Assembly: GCF_006345805.1 (NCBI RefSeq)
Contig: NC_042997.1
Coordinates: 58,342,001-58,406,000, forward strand
From: Octopus sinensis
Lineage: Eukaryota
Reading direction: 5' to 3'
DNA length: 64,000 bases
Positions within the stretch are counted from its first letter, which is position 1. The number at the start of each line of letters is the position of its first letter. The position numbers and the translations under genes are program-made. Positions 13,043 through 25,994 of the stretch are shown piece after piece. Under the pieces are notes generated by a model. That model saw nothing but the letters and a program-made list of their open reading frames with translations, was not told the origin of the DNA and did not search any database.

Positions 13043-13950
13043 CTGACAGACTTGTTAAATGAAATGCATCTTTGCAGTGGGAAATAATCTCTTTCCTATT
13101 CATATCTTGCCACATGAATATTTAAATATTCTTTCTATCTAATATACAACACTTTTTTTATATTCAGTACAACAATTATCAAGTTATTAAATAACAACAA
13201 AACACGACAAAAACTAACTGAATAAAAAGAACAGCTCAATATTTGATATCACTTGTAAATCCAATATTTGTTGACAGATTATAATAATTTAGAAATGAAA
13301 TATTTTTGATCAGTTGTCCTATTTTTTGGCACTCAATATCAATATTGATATTTTACTTTGCTTTTAATATCCTTTCTGGAATATTGGATTGATTCTTTCT
13401 TTTATTGATATATTCAGATGCTTCCTATGTGAATAAAATTACTGTTTCCAATATATAATCTCCTAAGCCTTACATAAATCATATTGTATGGTTTCTAAAC
13501 TGTAATCTCAACATCATAAAGACCATATACTATTATCTTCTGCTAGCTTTGTGATAAAAATCTGTCCTCAAATTGCATGTTTAAAGATTATTTCTGGGTT
13601 ATTTCTGTTTCTGCTAGATTTATAAACTTTCTTTGAGTCTAAGTTTAACTCTACTCTTGGTATTGAGTCTCCCTATCAGTAAGTGTTGTGTTGTTATTCT
13701 TTAATTCATTTAAAAATAATAACCTTGAATTAACATTTATATTAGCTTTCTTCATATATGCCGTTAAATCAAGATAATGATAGTATTGATAGTTATATAT
13801 GTTAATAATGATATTGCTGAATGGGTGTTTGTAGTTTTGTATGTGTGTGTTTATGAATGTGTTTGCATATGTACATATGTATACTTCTATATATATACAT
13901 ATATATGCATGCATCCCTCCCTCTTCCTCTCTACCCTATATACATCCATG

Positions 13951-14021
<71 letters not shown>

Positions 14022-14050
14022 AAAGTTGGTTTGTGAAAGCACGTGGTTGA

Positions 14051-14152
14051 ATATATAGAAAATAGTAAAAAGTGAAAACACTACAGAAGACTTAAAGGTT
14101 TAAACCTTTAAGCCTTCTGTAGTGTTTTCACTTTTTACTATTTTCTATATAT
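14051..14152. repeat. Near-perfect 102-bp palindrome (51-bp arms, one mismatch, no spacer) beside (TA)n
   Basis: atatatagaaaatagtaaaaagtgaaaacactacagaagacttaaaggttt|aaacctttaagccttctgtagtgttttcactttttactattttctatatat. Confidence 0.9.
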
Positions 14153-14441
14153 ATATATAATTAAATTAATGACATCAGGGTAATAAAGATTTTAGAAATT
14201 TTTACTACAGTGTACATTTTTCATTCCCTTCGAGAATTTATCCCTAATTAGTGGTTTGGACTTTAGCTGTTCCTTCTAGCGTAAAGGATTCCTATGATGG
14301 AAACCTCTTAATGTGTTTAAATGTACACTGTATTATATATATATATATATATATATATATCGTCAGTAGTTCATTTATCCAAAAAAGAAGCACACTCTAA
14401 AACATTAGAGCAGTAATATATTTTTGTTATGGCTGGTCAGA

Positions 14442-14501
14442 GAGTGACCATTGGTTTCACACCTATAAAGCGCTTAGCCATATAGGTGACTCACCAGACT
14501 C
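14442..14501 (-). ncRNA. Type I hammerhead ribozyme motif (A6>G core variant)
   Basis: GAGT-CTGGTGA-GT-CACCTATA-loop-TATAGGTG-T-GAAA-CCAATGG-TC-ACTC: 4-bp stem I, 8-bp stem II, palindromic stem III ACCA-A-TGGT, GUC triplet. Confidence 0.65.
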
Positions 14502-14513
14502 AAATGTCCATTT

Positions 14514-14573
14514 GAGTCTGATGAGTTGTCTACACAACTAAGTGCTTTGTAGGTGTGAAACCAATGGTTACTG
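14514..14573 (+). ncRNA. Type I hammerhead ribozyme motif (intact CUGAUGA/GAAA core, GUU triplet)
   Basis: GAGT-CTGATGA-(32-nt stem II region)-GAAA-CCAATGG-TT-ACT; inverted partner of 14442-14501. Confidence 0.65.
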
Positions 14574-14618
14574 TCTGATCAGCCATAACTATTGACTTCC
14601 TAAATATATGTGTGTGTG

Positions 14619-14654
<36 letters not shown>

Positions 14655-15929
14655 TAGTATCAGTAGTAATATAACATTTAAATTTTGGTTGTATAAATTT
14701 ATTGGTTATGTTAGTTCTTCAATACTATGTCTATAGTGGTATTGAATGTTGTATAAAGGTATTTGCATATTTTATCATTTCCATATGGTTGAGTCTACAA
14801 AAATAATTGTCTGCACCACACATTATTATATTTTACAGAGCTGTAGACAGTTTTGAATTGATTGTTTCAGTATACACACATATATATAATGTTAATGTTC
14901 TTTCTTTAAATTGATAATTTCATTTCTTGATCATCTTTAGGAACATATTTTATCTCAAAACCATACAAAATCCTTTCCTTTATGCTAGGTTTTCAGACAT
15001 TTAGACTACATATTTCTAAGAATATTGAAGTACTTGTAGTTTGAAAATATTTTAATTTTCTGTTCTGAATTGCACTATGACAGATGAAGTGAAGGTAATT
15101 TTGAAGATAAGGGTCTTTGTTTCTAAATTAAAAACATTCTGTAGACTTAGCCAACTGTCTTAACAAAATCTCTTCTAATACTGCTATAAATTCATTTGTC
15201 TTTTTATCTCTCCTACCATCTATGAGCGAACTGCCAGAGTTTGCTCATTGTAGAATCTTCTACAATGACATTTTTGATTATTTCTTGAAACATTTCATTC
15301 AGTCCATTTTATGTGATAAATCAAGCTGTATAAAATTTTAAAACATTTATTTTTTTAAATAGTCTTTAAAAATGTATCATATATAAAATACCATGATATC
15401 ATGAAAAGTTATTACAGCAAGTGAATACTGCATATTTCTAACATTTGATTAGCATTGTACTTTACAACCAATATTGAATTCCTTTATTAGTTTTAATATT
15501 GTATTTTGAGGAAATCTATTTTCATAGAGAATATTTTATTGTCATGGAAAGTTATATATTTTAGAGGCTTCCATTCTACAAAATGTATTGTAATCATTTT
15601 TAAATTGTTACAATTGTTGTAAAATTAACTTGAGAAATACACACACACACACACACACATACACTTACAGTTGCCATGAATGATTGCTAACTCCAAAGTT
15701 TTTTATCCTCTCTCTGTTTATTTCTTCATGTTCCTTTCTGTTGAAGAGCATTGGCTCAAAACATAAAAGATTTTCTCACCTTCCCGAGCATCAGACTAAT
15801 ACACCTGCTTGTTGTTTATATACCTGTCTTTGTCTTTTGTTTTTCTGTAAATTTCAACTACATACATACATACATACATATATCTACACATAGGTACATA
15901 CATGTGTATATATGTGCCTCTGTGTGTGT

Positions 15930-16180
15930 GAAGGCACATGACCTTGTGGTTAGGGTGTTGCACTCATGATTGCCAAATTGTGGGTTTGATTCCTGGATTG
16001 GCAAAACCCATAATTTCATATTGCTTGCTCTAGTCCGATCAAGCAAAATGTAGGCCTGTTTGCCTGGCCAGTAGGGTGGCATCATTCAAAGGCTAAAACA
16101 ATGCAAAGCACATTGTGACTAGTGATGTGTAACATCTGATAGTCTGGTCAATACCGTGATACTGTGAATACCATGATGTG
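15930..16180 (+). repeat. tRNA-derived SINE family A (decayed)
   Basis: gtgaaggcacatgaccttgtggttagggtgttgcactc...gggtttgattcc head with A/B boxes. Confidence 0.65.
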
Positions 16181-16234
16181 TGTGTACACACACATAGATA
16201 CATTATACATACATATAAAGATACATATGTGTTC

Positions 16235-16280
<46 letters not shown>

Positions 16281-17036
16281 TTTTACACACACACACGTGC
16301 AATATATATGTATATTTGCATAGAATTATAATTTTAGTCTTGTCTAAAAATAACTTCTTCAGAAGCAAAAAAACAAATTTATATTGGCATTCGAAAAATA
16401 ATTAAGAATTTTGAAAATGTTTTGATTGTGTCAATTTGATGTTGCTTTTGTTTTCCTACTCCGGAAAAAGATGTTAAAAAATAACTTCATGCCTATACTT
16501 GATATTTCTTTCTTTTTTAAATCTATAGTTATTTTAATTATAAACAGCCTAACATGAAAGCTATTTTTATGGCACTGTAAATTGCTTCACTGACTTAACA
16601 CCCCAAAAACTACTGCCATACAATACCGGAGATGTACTAGAGCCTGTTTTGTGTGCTGTTGTTCCATACCAGTTCTTGCTGTGGTGAGCAGATTGCATGC
16701 ATATCATTCTGAGGTCTTCCTATGTAATTCATTACAGGTAGCTACATTGCTCTGTTCCCCATCATTATGTAAAGTTTACCCAAAGGTCAAGTGAATCTAT
16801 TTATGTAAATATTTGTGACATCAACTAATCTCTGTCGAGCATTCCTTCAAAGATTCTGGTTAATATGTTTTTCTGTTTTAAAGCTTCTTTCTAACCTGTT
16901 TTCTTGTTTGTTTTGTTATTTTTTAAAAGAAATTATTGTTTATTGTTTGTTCTGACCGATCTGCTATATATATACATTTATAATCTCAGAAGCAATTGAA
17001 AGGTTTATTTCTTGTTATTTGTTTATTAACATTCAG

Positions 17037-17056
17037 TTAAATTACTGAGATATTAA
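17037..17056 (+). CDS. Candidate alternative last exon (phase 1: VKLLRY*), paralogous to 12159
   Basis: Acceptor tttcttgttatttgtttattaacattcAG|; same TAT TAA stop context as the 12159 copy. Confidence 0.25.
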
Positions 17057-17344
17057 AAGCACAGCAAACAATATTACAAGCAGCATTAAATGCAATGCTG
17101 AAACTTTTCAACAAGTGTAAAAGAAATATTCCTTTCTTCTAACCTATTCAACATGTGTTTTGTTTATAGTTGGCTTTGTTCAATAGACACAAATAACCTG
17201 ATGAACATTGTGTCCAGAGTTTTGATCCATGGTTGTGAGTTCTTATCCAATTACAGCTATCCATCTACATATATATATAGTTTATGTTTACTTACATCTT
17301 AAAAAGTTAGCTAACTTCATTCTTTGATATTCTTTTATTATATA

Positions 17345-18510
17345 CAAGGTTTGATCAATAGGTATCCGGACTAGTGCTATAAAAACAAAACTACAACATG
17401 TACCAATTTGGCATTTAGTCTCCTTCAAAGTAGTCCCCTTTGGAATCCACACACTTAATCCAGCATTGATTCCTGGAGCTTGTTTTCTGGGATAATCAGC
17501 AGCTGCCTTGTCACATTCACTTTGATTTCTTTGATGTCCTGAAATCTACCTTTCAAGCAGGATTTGATTTTTGGAAAGTCGCAAGGGGTGAGATCTGGGG
17601 AATATGGTGGCCGTCAGACCTGGAGAATGCTGTGCCTAGCCAAAAACTGCTCCACAAGCTGCACTAAATGGCCAGGTGTGTTTTATGGTGCAATTGCCAC
17701 TCACCAGATGCATGCCATTGTGGCCTTTTTCGACAAATAGCATTCCACAAATGCTGCAGAACATCAGGGTTGTACTCCTTGTTTACTGTCTGACCAGGTG
17801 GAACATACTCATGATGAACAATCTCCTTTGTAGTCGAAGAAAATGGTCCACAATGTCTTCACATTGCTTTTGTCTTGGGGAGGTTGGGGTCTTTCACTGC
17901 AAAGACTGAGCCTTTGTTTTGGGGTTATAACCTTAGACCCATGATCCATCACCTGTTATGACTGTTTTCAAAAAGTTTTCATCATTCTCGACACAATTAA
18001 GGAGATCTTGTGCAATTGAAATCCGAGTGTCATTTTGGTCAGCTGAAATCAGTTTTGGCCCAAACTTGGCAGACACATATCCAAATCTTCAGTAATAATG
18101 GACTGAACTGAACCATAATTAATTTGTACATACTCTGATAACTCACAGATGGTGATTTGATGACCTCCCGCACATCTGCGATGTTTTTCTCAGTTCTGCT
18201 GCTAACAGGTATCCCAGAATGTTTGTCACTATTGACATTCTTTTGGCTCATACACTCCTTTCCATACACTTTCTGCAACTTTGATGCAGATTCTCTGCTC
18301 AACTTTCTCTGTCATGGTCAATGTGATGATCACATGCTACACACGTTCCTTCCAACCATTGCTGTAAACAGCAGAAGTGAGCTAGAATGTTAAAATTTGG
18401 TGCATATGCACAGCAGTGTTCATGGTCAATCTGTGCTAAGCGGCTTCACTCTGCATGCTTTAGCTTCATTACTATGACAACAGTCTGGATACTTATTGAT
18501 CAGACCATTC
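17345..18510 (-). mobile_element. Degenerate mariner transposon
   Basis: TIRs ggtttgatcaataggtatccggact / agtctggatacttattgatcagacc; minus strand retains PPYSPDLTPCDF and PKIKSCLKGRFQDIKEIK; many stops. Confidence 0.8.
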
Positions 18511-20104
18511 TATAGATGCTTTTGTGGATTTTCTGAATACTGGTGTGGTGACATCCTAGACCTCCCCACCTTTCCACTTTCAGATAGCCACTGTCTGTGT
18601 GAATGCTTCATGAGCTAAACACTTGGATTACACATTCCAATTCACCTATGATGTATGTACATACACACATATATACTTACATGCATACATTCCTACCTAC
18701 ATATCTACATGCATGCATGTATGCATGTATGTGTGTATGTGTATTCACTTTTTTTAATATTTACTTAACCAAACCTTGATGTTATACCCTAATACTGGTA
18801 TTGACTACTGCAAAAGCTGGATGTTTAACCATACCCTCCTCACAACAGGAAAGCTAACATTGTCACCTGCTTCTCACTGATCTTACAGCATGAGCTACTC
18901 CACACTAAACAGTTTTACAGACTTTCTAACAAAGTATTTAAGCAAACAAACACATTTGAAAATATATAAATAAATATATAAAATGATACTGCTGCACACT
19001 CCTGTATCCTATTCATTTAATGTCAGTGCAGGTCACCTTTAGACTATTAATTCTAATGTCTAATTTGTATTATACTGAATGCTTTGACTGAGTTTTGTTG
19101 ATTTTACTTACTCTCATCCAAATGTGTGTGATTGGGGGTTGTGTATACTTAAATCTTAAAAACTGGAGATCTATGAAAATATTTTTTTTTAAAGGTAGAC
19201 TTTAATTGACATAAGGTAATCTTTATATCCATGAATACTGTGTTATTAGCCTTGAGAAATCCTCTTATAAAGGTGCTTCCTTTGCTAATAATTAATTCTT
19301 AATTAACATTTTTGAAGTTTAAATAATTGTTTTATCATTTATTCAGTAAATACAAATTCATTGAAAATAAGTGTGAAGGAAATCTGAAATGATGGAAATA
19401 TTTTAGAAGTTTTGTACTGACAAAATGCCATTATTGATTGAAGTAGATTTAAATTAGTATGTGGAATAAAGTCTGGGAAATTAAATAACCATCACATCAT
19501 TTCATTGCAGAAATAGACTCAGGAAAGGATTATTTTGTTATAAAAAATATATTTTAGTGAATTTGTTTGTAGTGAGGAGAATTAACTGGAATTACAGTCG
19601 GCAGTTGGCATTGTTGTTCAAGCACGTTCTCCATTAGTTATTCTTCTCTCTTCTGTGCTAAGTTTATCCATTTAAATTTCACAGTTGTTTTCCCTTCTAA
19701 TGGCATGTTTTAGCTTCTAACAAGTTGTGACTTAGCTTCAAGTAAAATACTTTATTAATGTACACGTGAATTAAATTAGCATACAAAATTGGTTTCTTGG
19801 TTTACTGTGAAAATGATCTAATATGATAAATTAGCTGTAATTAAAATCAAATTATGAATGAATTGGTATTTATGTTAAATATGAGTGATTGTTAAAGAGC
19901 CAAAATATCAGTTTGCCATTATTAAAGCATGAATTTACAATTTTCTGAGACTTTTATATGGTATGCCATCATGTGTTGTGTTGCTTCAGAGATATGCTTA
20001 TACATCCTTGGTCTTTTGGTTTCTATGTAAACCCTCCCCCCCCCCCCAAGAAAAAACAACCCTCTAAAAATTGTCATGTGATTGTAGGTAACATGATTTT
20101 ATTG

Positions 20105-20292
20105 CCGTATTTGATGACATAAAAGATACATGGGCATTTTAGATGTACCTCAATTTCTAGCACATATTCTAGAAAAATGAGCATTGTGAACAAAATTAGT
20201 TTATGGGGTGCCCAACTTTGCATATAGGATCCAGGGGAATTTTTGAGATATTTATTTGGAAAAAAAGTGCGTCTTATATTTCATCAAATACA
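20105..20292. mobile_element. ~190-bp Tc1/mariner-superfamily (pogo/Tigger-like) MITE
   Basis: TIRs CCGTATTTGATGACATAAAAGATACA / TGCGTCTTATATTTCATCAAATACA. Confidence 0.55.
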
Positions 20293-21424
20293 ATATATTA
20301 AGACTAATGATTTCCAAAATTGAAAAACAATATTTTACATGTATTTTAGTAAACAAATATGTTTGTTTAAATTGTAATCAACACTTATGCCAAGGACATT
20401 ATTGCTACTGTTAATAAAGCAAGGATTGTTTTAACATCCTCAAATAAATGCTAAGCAAACCCAGAGTTCAGATTCAGTGTTTTTTTAGTGAGCATTTATT
20501 TCATGGAATATACCATCTTGTTATATTAGTTATAGCAATTTATAAGTCGGTGTTCTACTATCACAGTTTTCTTTGGCATTGTCTATTATTCATTATAGTG
20601 TCTTTCTTTTATCTTCCATTCTTTATTGTTTTTTCACTTCTTAAATTTATGTTTCCAAATTAAGAAATGTAATTCTAGATGAATTATTACTAAAGCAATG
20701 ACTAAGTAGTTATTAAAAACAGTATACATTTATTAAATTGTTAGTGGTTTTATTATTAAATTATGTTGTGAAATATTACTGATGGAATCCTCTCTCCTGT
20801 ATATTCTATAATATTCTTGAAAGGAAATAGCTTTGAGGTGAAATATTTATACAAATATATCAATTGTCTACCAAGCATAAAATAGTTGAAATTTATGTTA
20901 GTTCATTCCTAGTTGAAAGATATCTATGTAAAAGAAATATGGCTTCTTATGATTGGTGAATAGACTGACCATAATATAGGCTTATAAAAGGTGAGGTTAA
21001 TTTTCCAATATTTCAGCTTTGGTGAAATTTGATATTATTATTGCACAATGGCAAAAGTTAAAGCTCTTATCTTTTTCTATTTGTCTGCAACCTTTCTTTA
21101 ATTGATGTTTAACTTCAAGTCAGCACTGATCAATTCAGTGATAAAGTCAGCACTGATCAAGAATATCCTGTCTTTATTTGAAGCATACTGCACCTTGTGT
21201 TATATTATCCAATGTGTCCTTTTTTTCTAAGGTGGTAGGAAGAAGATTTGGTTGCTCTTTCTTGCAAGTCAAATAATTACATAACGATTCCATTGCTGGC
21301 TGGTGGTCACTTTTTCACCTTTAGTTGTCTGTCGTCAGATTTGCCACACTATCACTTCCAGATATGCATATTTATTTTGATATATCATCATAATATAATG
21401 GTCTGCATATATAGATTGTGTATC

Positions 21425-21640
21425 TCACAATACAGTACTAGGATAACATACGTAATGTATGTCACCACATAGTACCATTCTAATTTGTGTCACTTAGTTC
21501 CATTGTGCCATTGTAATTGTATTCACCACACATTACTTTCTCTATGGCTGCACATACATATTTTGTGCTTCATCACACAGTACCATCATAGTTGGTGTCA
21601 CTTATATAGATTGTATAATTCACTACACAGTACCCTCATT
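21425..21640 (+). repeat. Degenerate tandem repeat with a caccacacagtaccatt core
   Basis: About six diverged copies (cacaatacagtac, caccacatagtacc, catcacacagtacc, cactacacagtacc). Confidence 0.5.
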
Positions 21641-21729
21641 TTTTTTCCATGAAGTACAACTAATATTATCGTTGACACTTTAGTATTTAGATTTTACTGT
21701 CAGATGTAATACTTATTCTTTCATATTGT

Positions 21730-21889
21730 TTTAAATGAATTATGCATTATATTGTAGCTTCAATATTCCAATGTTATTGTTTATTTTTAGAATGACATTG
21801 TAGGGTCGGTGTGAGAAACCAGATCTGGCTGGTTTGAGCCAAGGGAATACTTGGGCCAAATATGACCGGTTTAAATGCTGGAGGGTTAA
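21730..21889. mobile_element. piggyBac-type MITE end
   Basis: tagaatgacattgtagggtcggtgtgag...ccggtttaaatgctggagggTTAA; same family as 3160-4775. Confidence 0.6.
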
Positions 21890-22108
21890 GATGGTGAGTT
21901 GGAAGAATTGTTAGTGTGCTGGATAAAATGCCTAATTGCATTTCTTCTGGTTCTTTAGTTTCTATGTTTAAACCTGGCTGAAGTCCACTTTGCCTTTCAA
22001 GATCAAATAAAATAAGACCAGTTCATCACTGGGTTTGATGTAATCAACTGTCGCCTCTCCACAAAATTTCAGGCCTTGAACCTATAGTAGAAAGAATTAT
22101 TTTTTTTT

Positions 22109-22171
<63 letters not shown>

Positions 22172-22265
22172 TGATACTAGAAGAGTGGATTAGCTTGGGT
22201 TTTCAGCTATCCTGCAGAGGTCAACTTTGCCTGGAGTTGATAAAATAAAGTACCAATCATTTATA
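21890..22265 (+). repeat. SINE family B copies with a (TTA)n tract (22114-22171)
   Basis: Family B core and tail; direct reading of the microsatellite. Confidence 0.65.
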
Positions 22266-22852
22266 GAGTTACATGTGTTGGTAACATTTCTGTCACTACT
22301 TAATATTCTACCTTAATCACCATTGTATTATGTAGTTATATAAAATTCTATTCACCATTCTCAATCAGTATCGCTATCCTTATTTTCATTTAATATGGTA
22401 TCAATATCCTTATTTTCATCTCTTCAAATTTCTTATTTCATGCTTATCTTAGAAATTATTATTTTACCATACCAGAACAGTGGATTTGTAGCCTGGCTCT
22501 ATATTTTTTCTGACTCTTTAAAATCACACTAAAGTGGCCAGCTTTACCTTAAATAAAGTACCAGTCATATACTGGAGTTGATTTAATCAATTAACCTCCT
22601 CCCCTCAGATTTCTGGCCTTGTGCCTATGTTAGAAATTATAAAAGTAGCTAATATTTTGTTTTACAGAACTAACCATTTTTACTTCAAACTACATATTTT
22701 TGCTATAAATTCCAAATTAGCATTGTTTATATTTTTTTCAATATTGTATTATATTTAGAAATGCCATTGAATACTGGTCTGATGTTGTTCCTGTTGTCAA
22801 GTCTGTAAAATGTCAGAATAAGATTGTCACTAATATTTCTTGTTTGTCACAG

Positions 22853-22887
22853 GAACCCAACAAAGTTTTGTAACACTTTACATTTAA
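22853..22887 (+). CDS. Candidate exon with a strong acceptor (phase 1: GTQQSFVTLYI*; also open in phase 2 to a weak donor at 22890)
   Basis: Branch consensus CACTAAT then atttcttgtttgtcacAG|. Confidence 0.4.
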
Positions 22888-24099
22888 AGGTCAGGCTTTC
22901 ACTTTCTATTCTGGTTTCCAAGATTGACAACATTTAATCTAAGATGGTACATAGATTTAGCTTGTCTTCACATTCCACCCCTTGGTTTTCTGTTATGAAA
23001 TATCATTGCTGTTGTTGGTTTGCAGAAAGTATTTGAAATTGTTGTTGTTGCAGTGATGAAATTGTTGTGGTCTTAGTGATGGATGGTAACAAATTTGTTC
23101 CTATTTTTAGCTCTGGTAGTAGTGGTTGTGATGGTAATAGTGGTAGTAGGGTGGTAGATGAGATATTGATGGAAGCAGCAGAATGATTTGAAACAAAACA
23201 ACCCATTGAACCAATGAAAATGCTTTTTTGTCCACATGCACTTGTACACCTCACTTAAGCACTTTCTCCTTCACTTTTCTATTTCTCATACAAACACCTT
23301 CACATATTAAGACACACAAATACACCACTGCACTATACTAGCATTGCAGAGGCAGCTCTATTTCAGTACTATTATAATACAGCATTATACACCAAGTATA
23401 ATGTACTATATTAATTCAGACCTAGTTAATGTAGCTAAATCACTCCATTCATTAGTTTTAAAACAAAAAGAAGCATATTTTTTATATCTAAGTCCTTAAC
23501 CTTGAAATTGCATGCCCTTCAGTAAAAAACAAGATGACCTTAAGTAGAAATGCTAAGGTCTTCTTTGTTTGATCAGTTGACTCTGTATAACAGTTCTACT
23601 CAAGTAGAGTTTAGCAAGGCTATCTAATAACAACTGTAACAACAATAATGACAACACCCCTTATTGCCAGCATAGAAATTTTGCAAACATTGTAATGTGA
23701 GAATTAATGCTGATTAAGTACCAATAACAGATGGTAAAAACATGGTGGTATGCATTATTTAATTTGGTGCTTCACTCTTAGTCAGTTCAGTACCCATTTA
23801 AGTCAGTTTTGCCTTTCATTTATTGTGGATCAATAAACATATACTAGTTATGCATTAGATACAATAAAAATACTTAACTATTGAATGTGTTACAATTAGC
23901 ACCACAATATAGCATTACTGGCTCTACTAATAGCACTAATAAATTTGCTGTTGATTATTACTTGATATAATAAGCAAAGCTGGAAGCTGGCAGAATCATT
24001 GGTGCATTGGACAGAATGCATAGTAGCATTTCTTCTGGCTCTTTACTTTCTGAGTTCAAATCTGACTGAGTTCAACTTTGCACCTCTGTCTTTTCTCAT

Positions 24100-24305
24100 T
24101 ATAGCACTACTGTCAAAAGTCTGTATACCTGTAATATCAGCAATAAATAGAACATTGATGATTGTAAACACAACACTGCTGTCTTCACTAAACACAACAC
24201 TACTGTTTCCTTTCGAGATGACTCTACTGTATCCACTTAACTCAACACTATTATTATCATTAATCATGAAACACCATTAAACATGACCCTGCTGTCACTA
24301 CTAAA
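24100..24305 (+). repeat. Degenerate 24-bp minisatellite
   Basis: acaacactgctgtcttcactaaac / acaacactactgtttcctttcgag / atgactctactgtatccacttaac / tcaacactattattatcattaatc; explains the xTLL periodicity of ORF 23999-24280. Confidence 0.7.
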
Positions 24306-25994
24306 TACATTGCTATTACAGGAATTTGTTTCTGTCATATAACCTAGAGGCAGTCATTTTATGTTGTGTGTGACTGGTTTATAGAAATATATTATGCACT
24401 TTATGTATTTATCAATAGTTGCTAAAGATGATATATCTTATTGCCAAAACATCAGTGGCACTTAATTATATTAATTTAGATCCTTTACTGTCTGACTTTA
24501 TTAGTACTTTAAACCCTTTTACTCTAGAAATCAGATATATCTTTAACTGTGGAAAGCAGTTTTATATATAAAATCTATCTATTTTGAAGGAATATCATAT
24601 TTGAAACTATTCTTTGTTGAGATCTGTCATATTTATTGATGCACTGTGACTTACAAAAAATACCAATTCTATTTTTTGGAAGATATGTATAACATCATTA
24701 CTGGAATAACCATGAAATTTCATTTTGCAGCTTAAAGATTAAAATAGATATCCCACTTTAACTGACTTTTCTAATTAAAATTGTCCAAAAATATTTTAGT
24801 TTTCTTCCTTTGATGGTGTCTAATGAAATTTTCTGAATTTTTTGCCATTTTCAGTGCTTCATTGTGGGTTTTGTGGATGGTCCATATTCTGAAAGATCAT
24901 CTATGTACCAATATATCAAATTATTGCAATCCATAGTTTTGTTAGTGTCTATGTTTCAACTCCACACACTAGAGTCCTTCATACATAGTATTTAATAATC
25001 TGGTTTTGATATTGTTTCATGATGTAAGTTTGACACTTTTTTTCAAATGGCTTTTGACCTCTCAATCCATTTGTTTGCTACTTCACATTTCTTGTTTTTT
25101 CAAAATTGTACATGTGTGTGCAAGAGACTTATAAACATAAAGATATTCTTACTGTTGTTCATATCTCAATGACTACTTTGGTGGCAAGTAATCATAACAC
25201 TAGACAATATTTCTAGACACTATACTTATTGATGTCTTAAAGCATTACAATTATAAAATATTACCTCACTCTTACATTAACCAAGTAACAGACTGGCTCC
25301 AGATGTACATTTAATGAATATATGGGTACAATATATATTTTAAGCAGACATTTGTATCTCTTCAGTATTGAAACAATTCTATATAGGTTTTTATATGTAC
25401 ATTGATATTCAATACATTTTTATGTCTTCCTAAAGGTGTTATCCAGATTATGTTTTCTCTGTGATGTAATTAATTCATCTGCCACTGTGGATTAAATTTT
25501 TGATATCTTTGAACAATTAATTTACCCACATACTGCCAAGCTTAGCTTCTATATTTTGTAATTTTGTATTTGGGATATAATGTAACTGATTGGTAGATGT
25601 AGTTATGTTTTCTGTGAGGATTTTTTTGTTATTTATTAGATATTTAAAAACTTTGTTAATTTCTTTTGTAACTCAAGTAATCATTTTATTGAATTATGAG
25701 TTATTAGTTTATCTGATTAGTAGGTTGAATACTTATAACTCTCCAAATGTAGTTATTGTATGTGTGTGTCTACATATATATGTTATATATATTATAAATA
25801 TATGTATGTGTGTTTGTACATGCACTTCTAAATATAAATATAAATATATATATATGTTGTGTGTGTGTGTGTATATATATATAAAGTGCTTCTAACTATA
25901 TATATATATATGTGTGTGTGTATATGTATATATATATGTGTATGTATAGTTAGAAGCACATGATCATATGTGTGCATGACTGTGTATACATACA

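Noticed and set aside
12580-16405. ORFs of poly-Y/L, IY, HT and CV repeats here and throughout (e.g. 37722, 40306, 48498, 52096, 60005, 63430)
   Set aside because: Translations of microsatellites.
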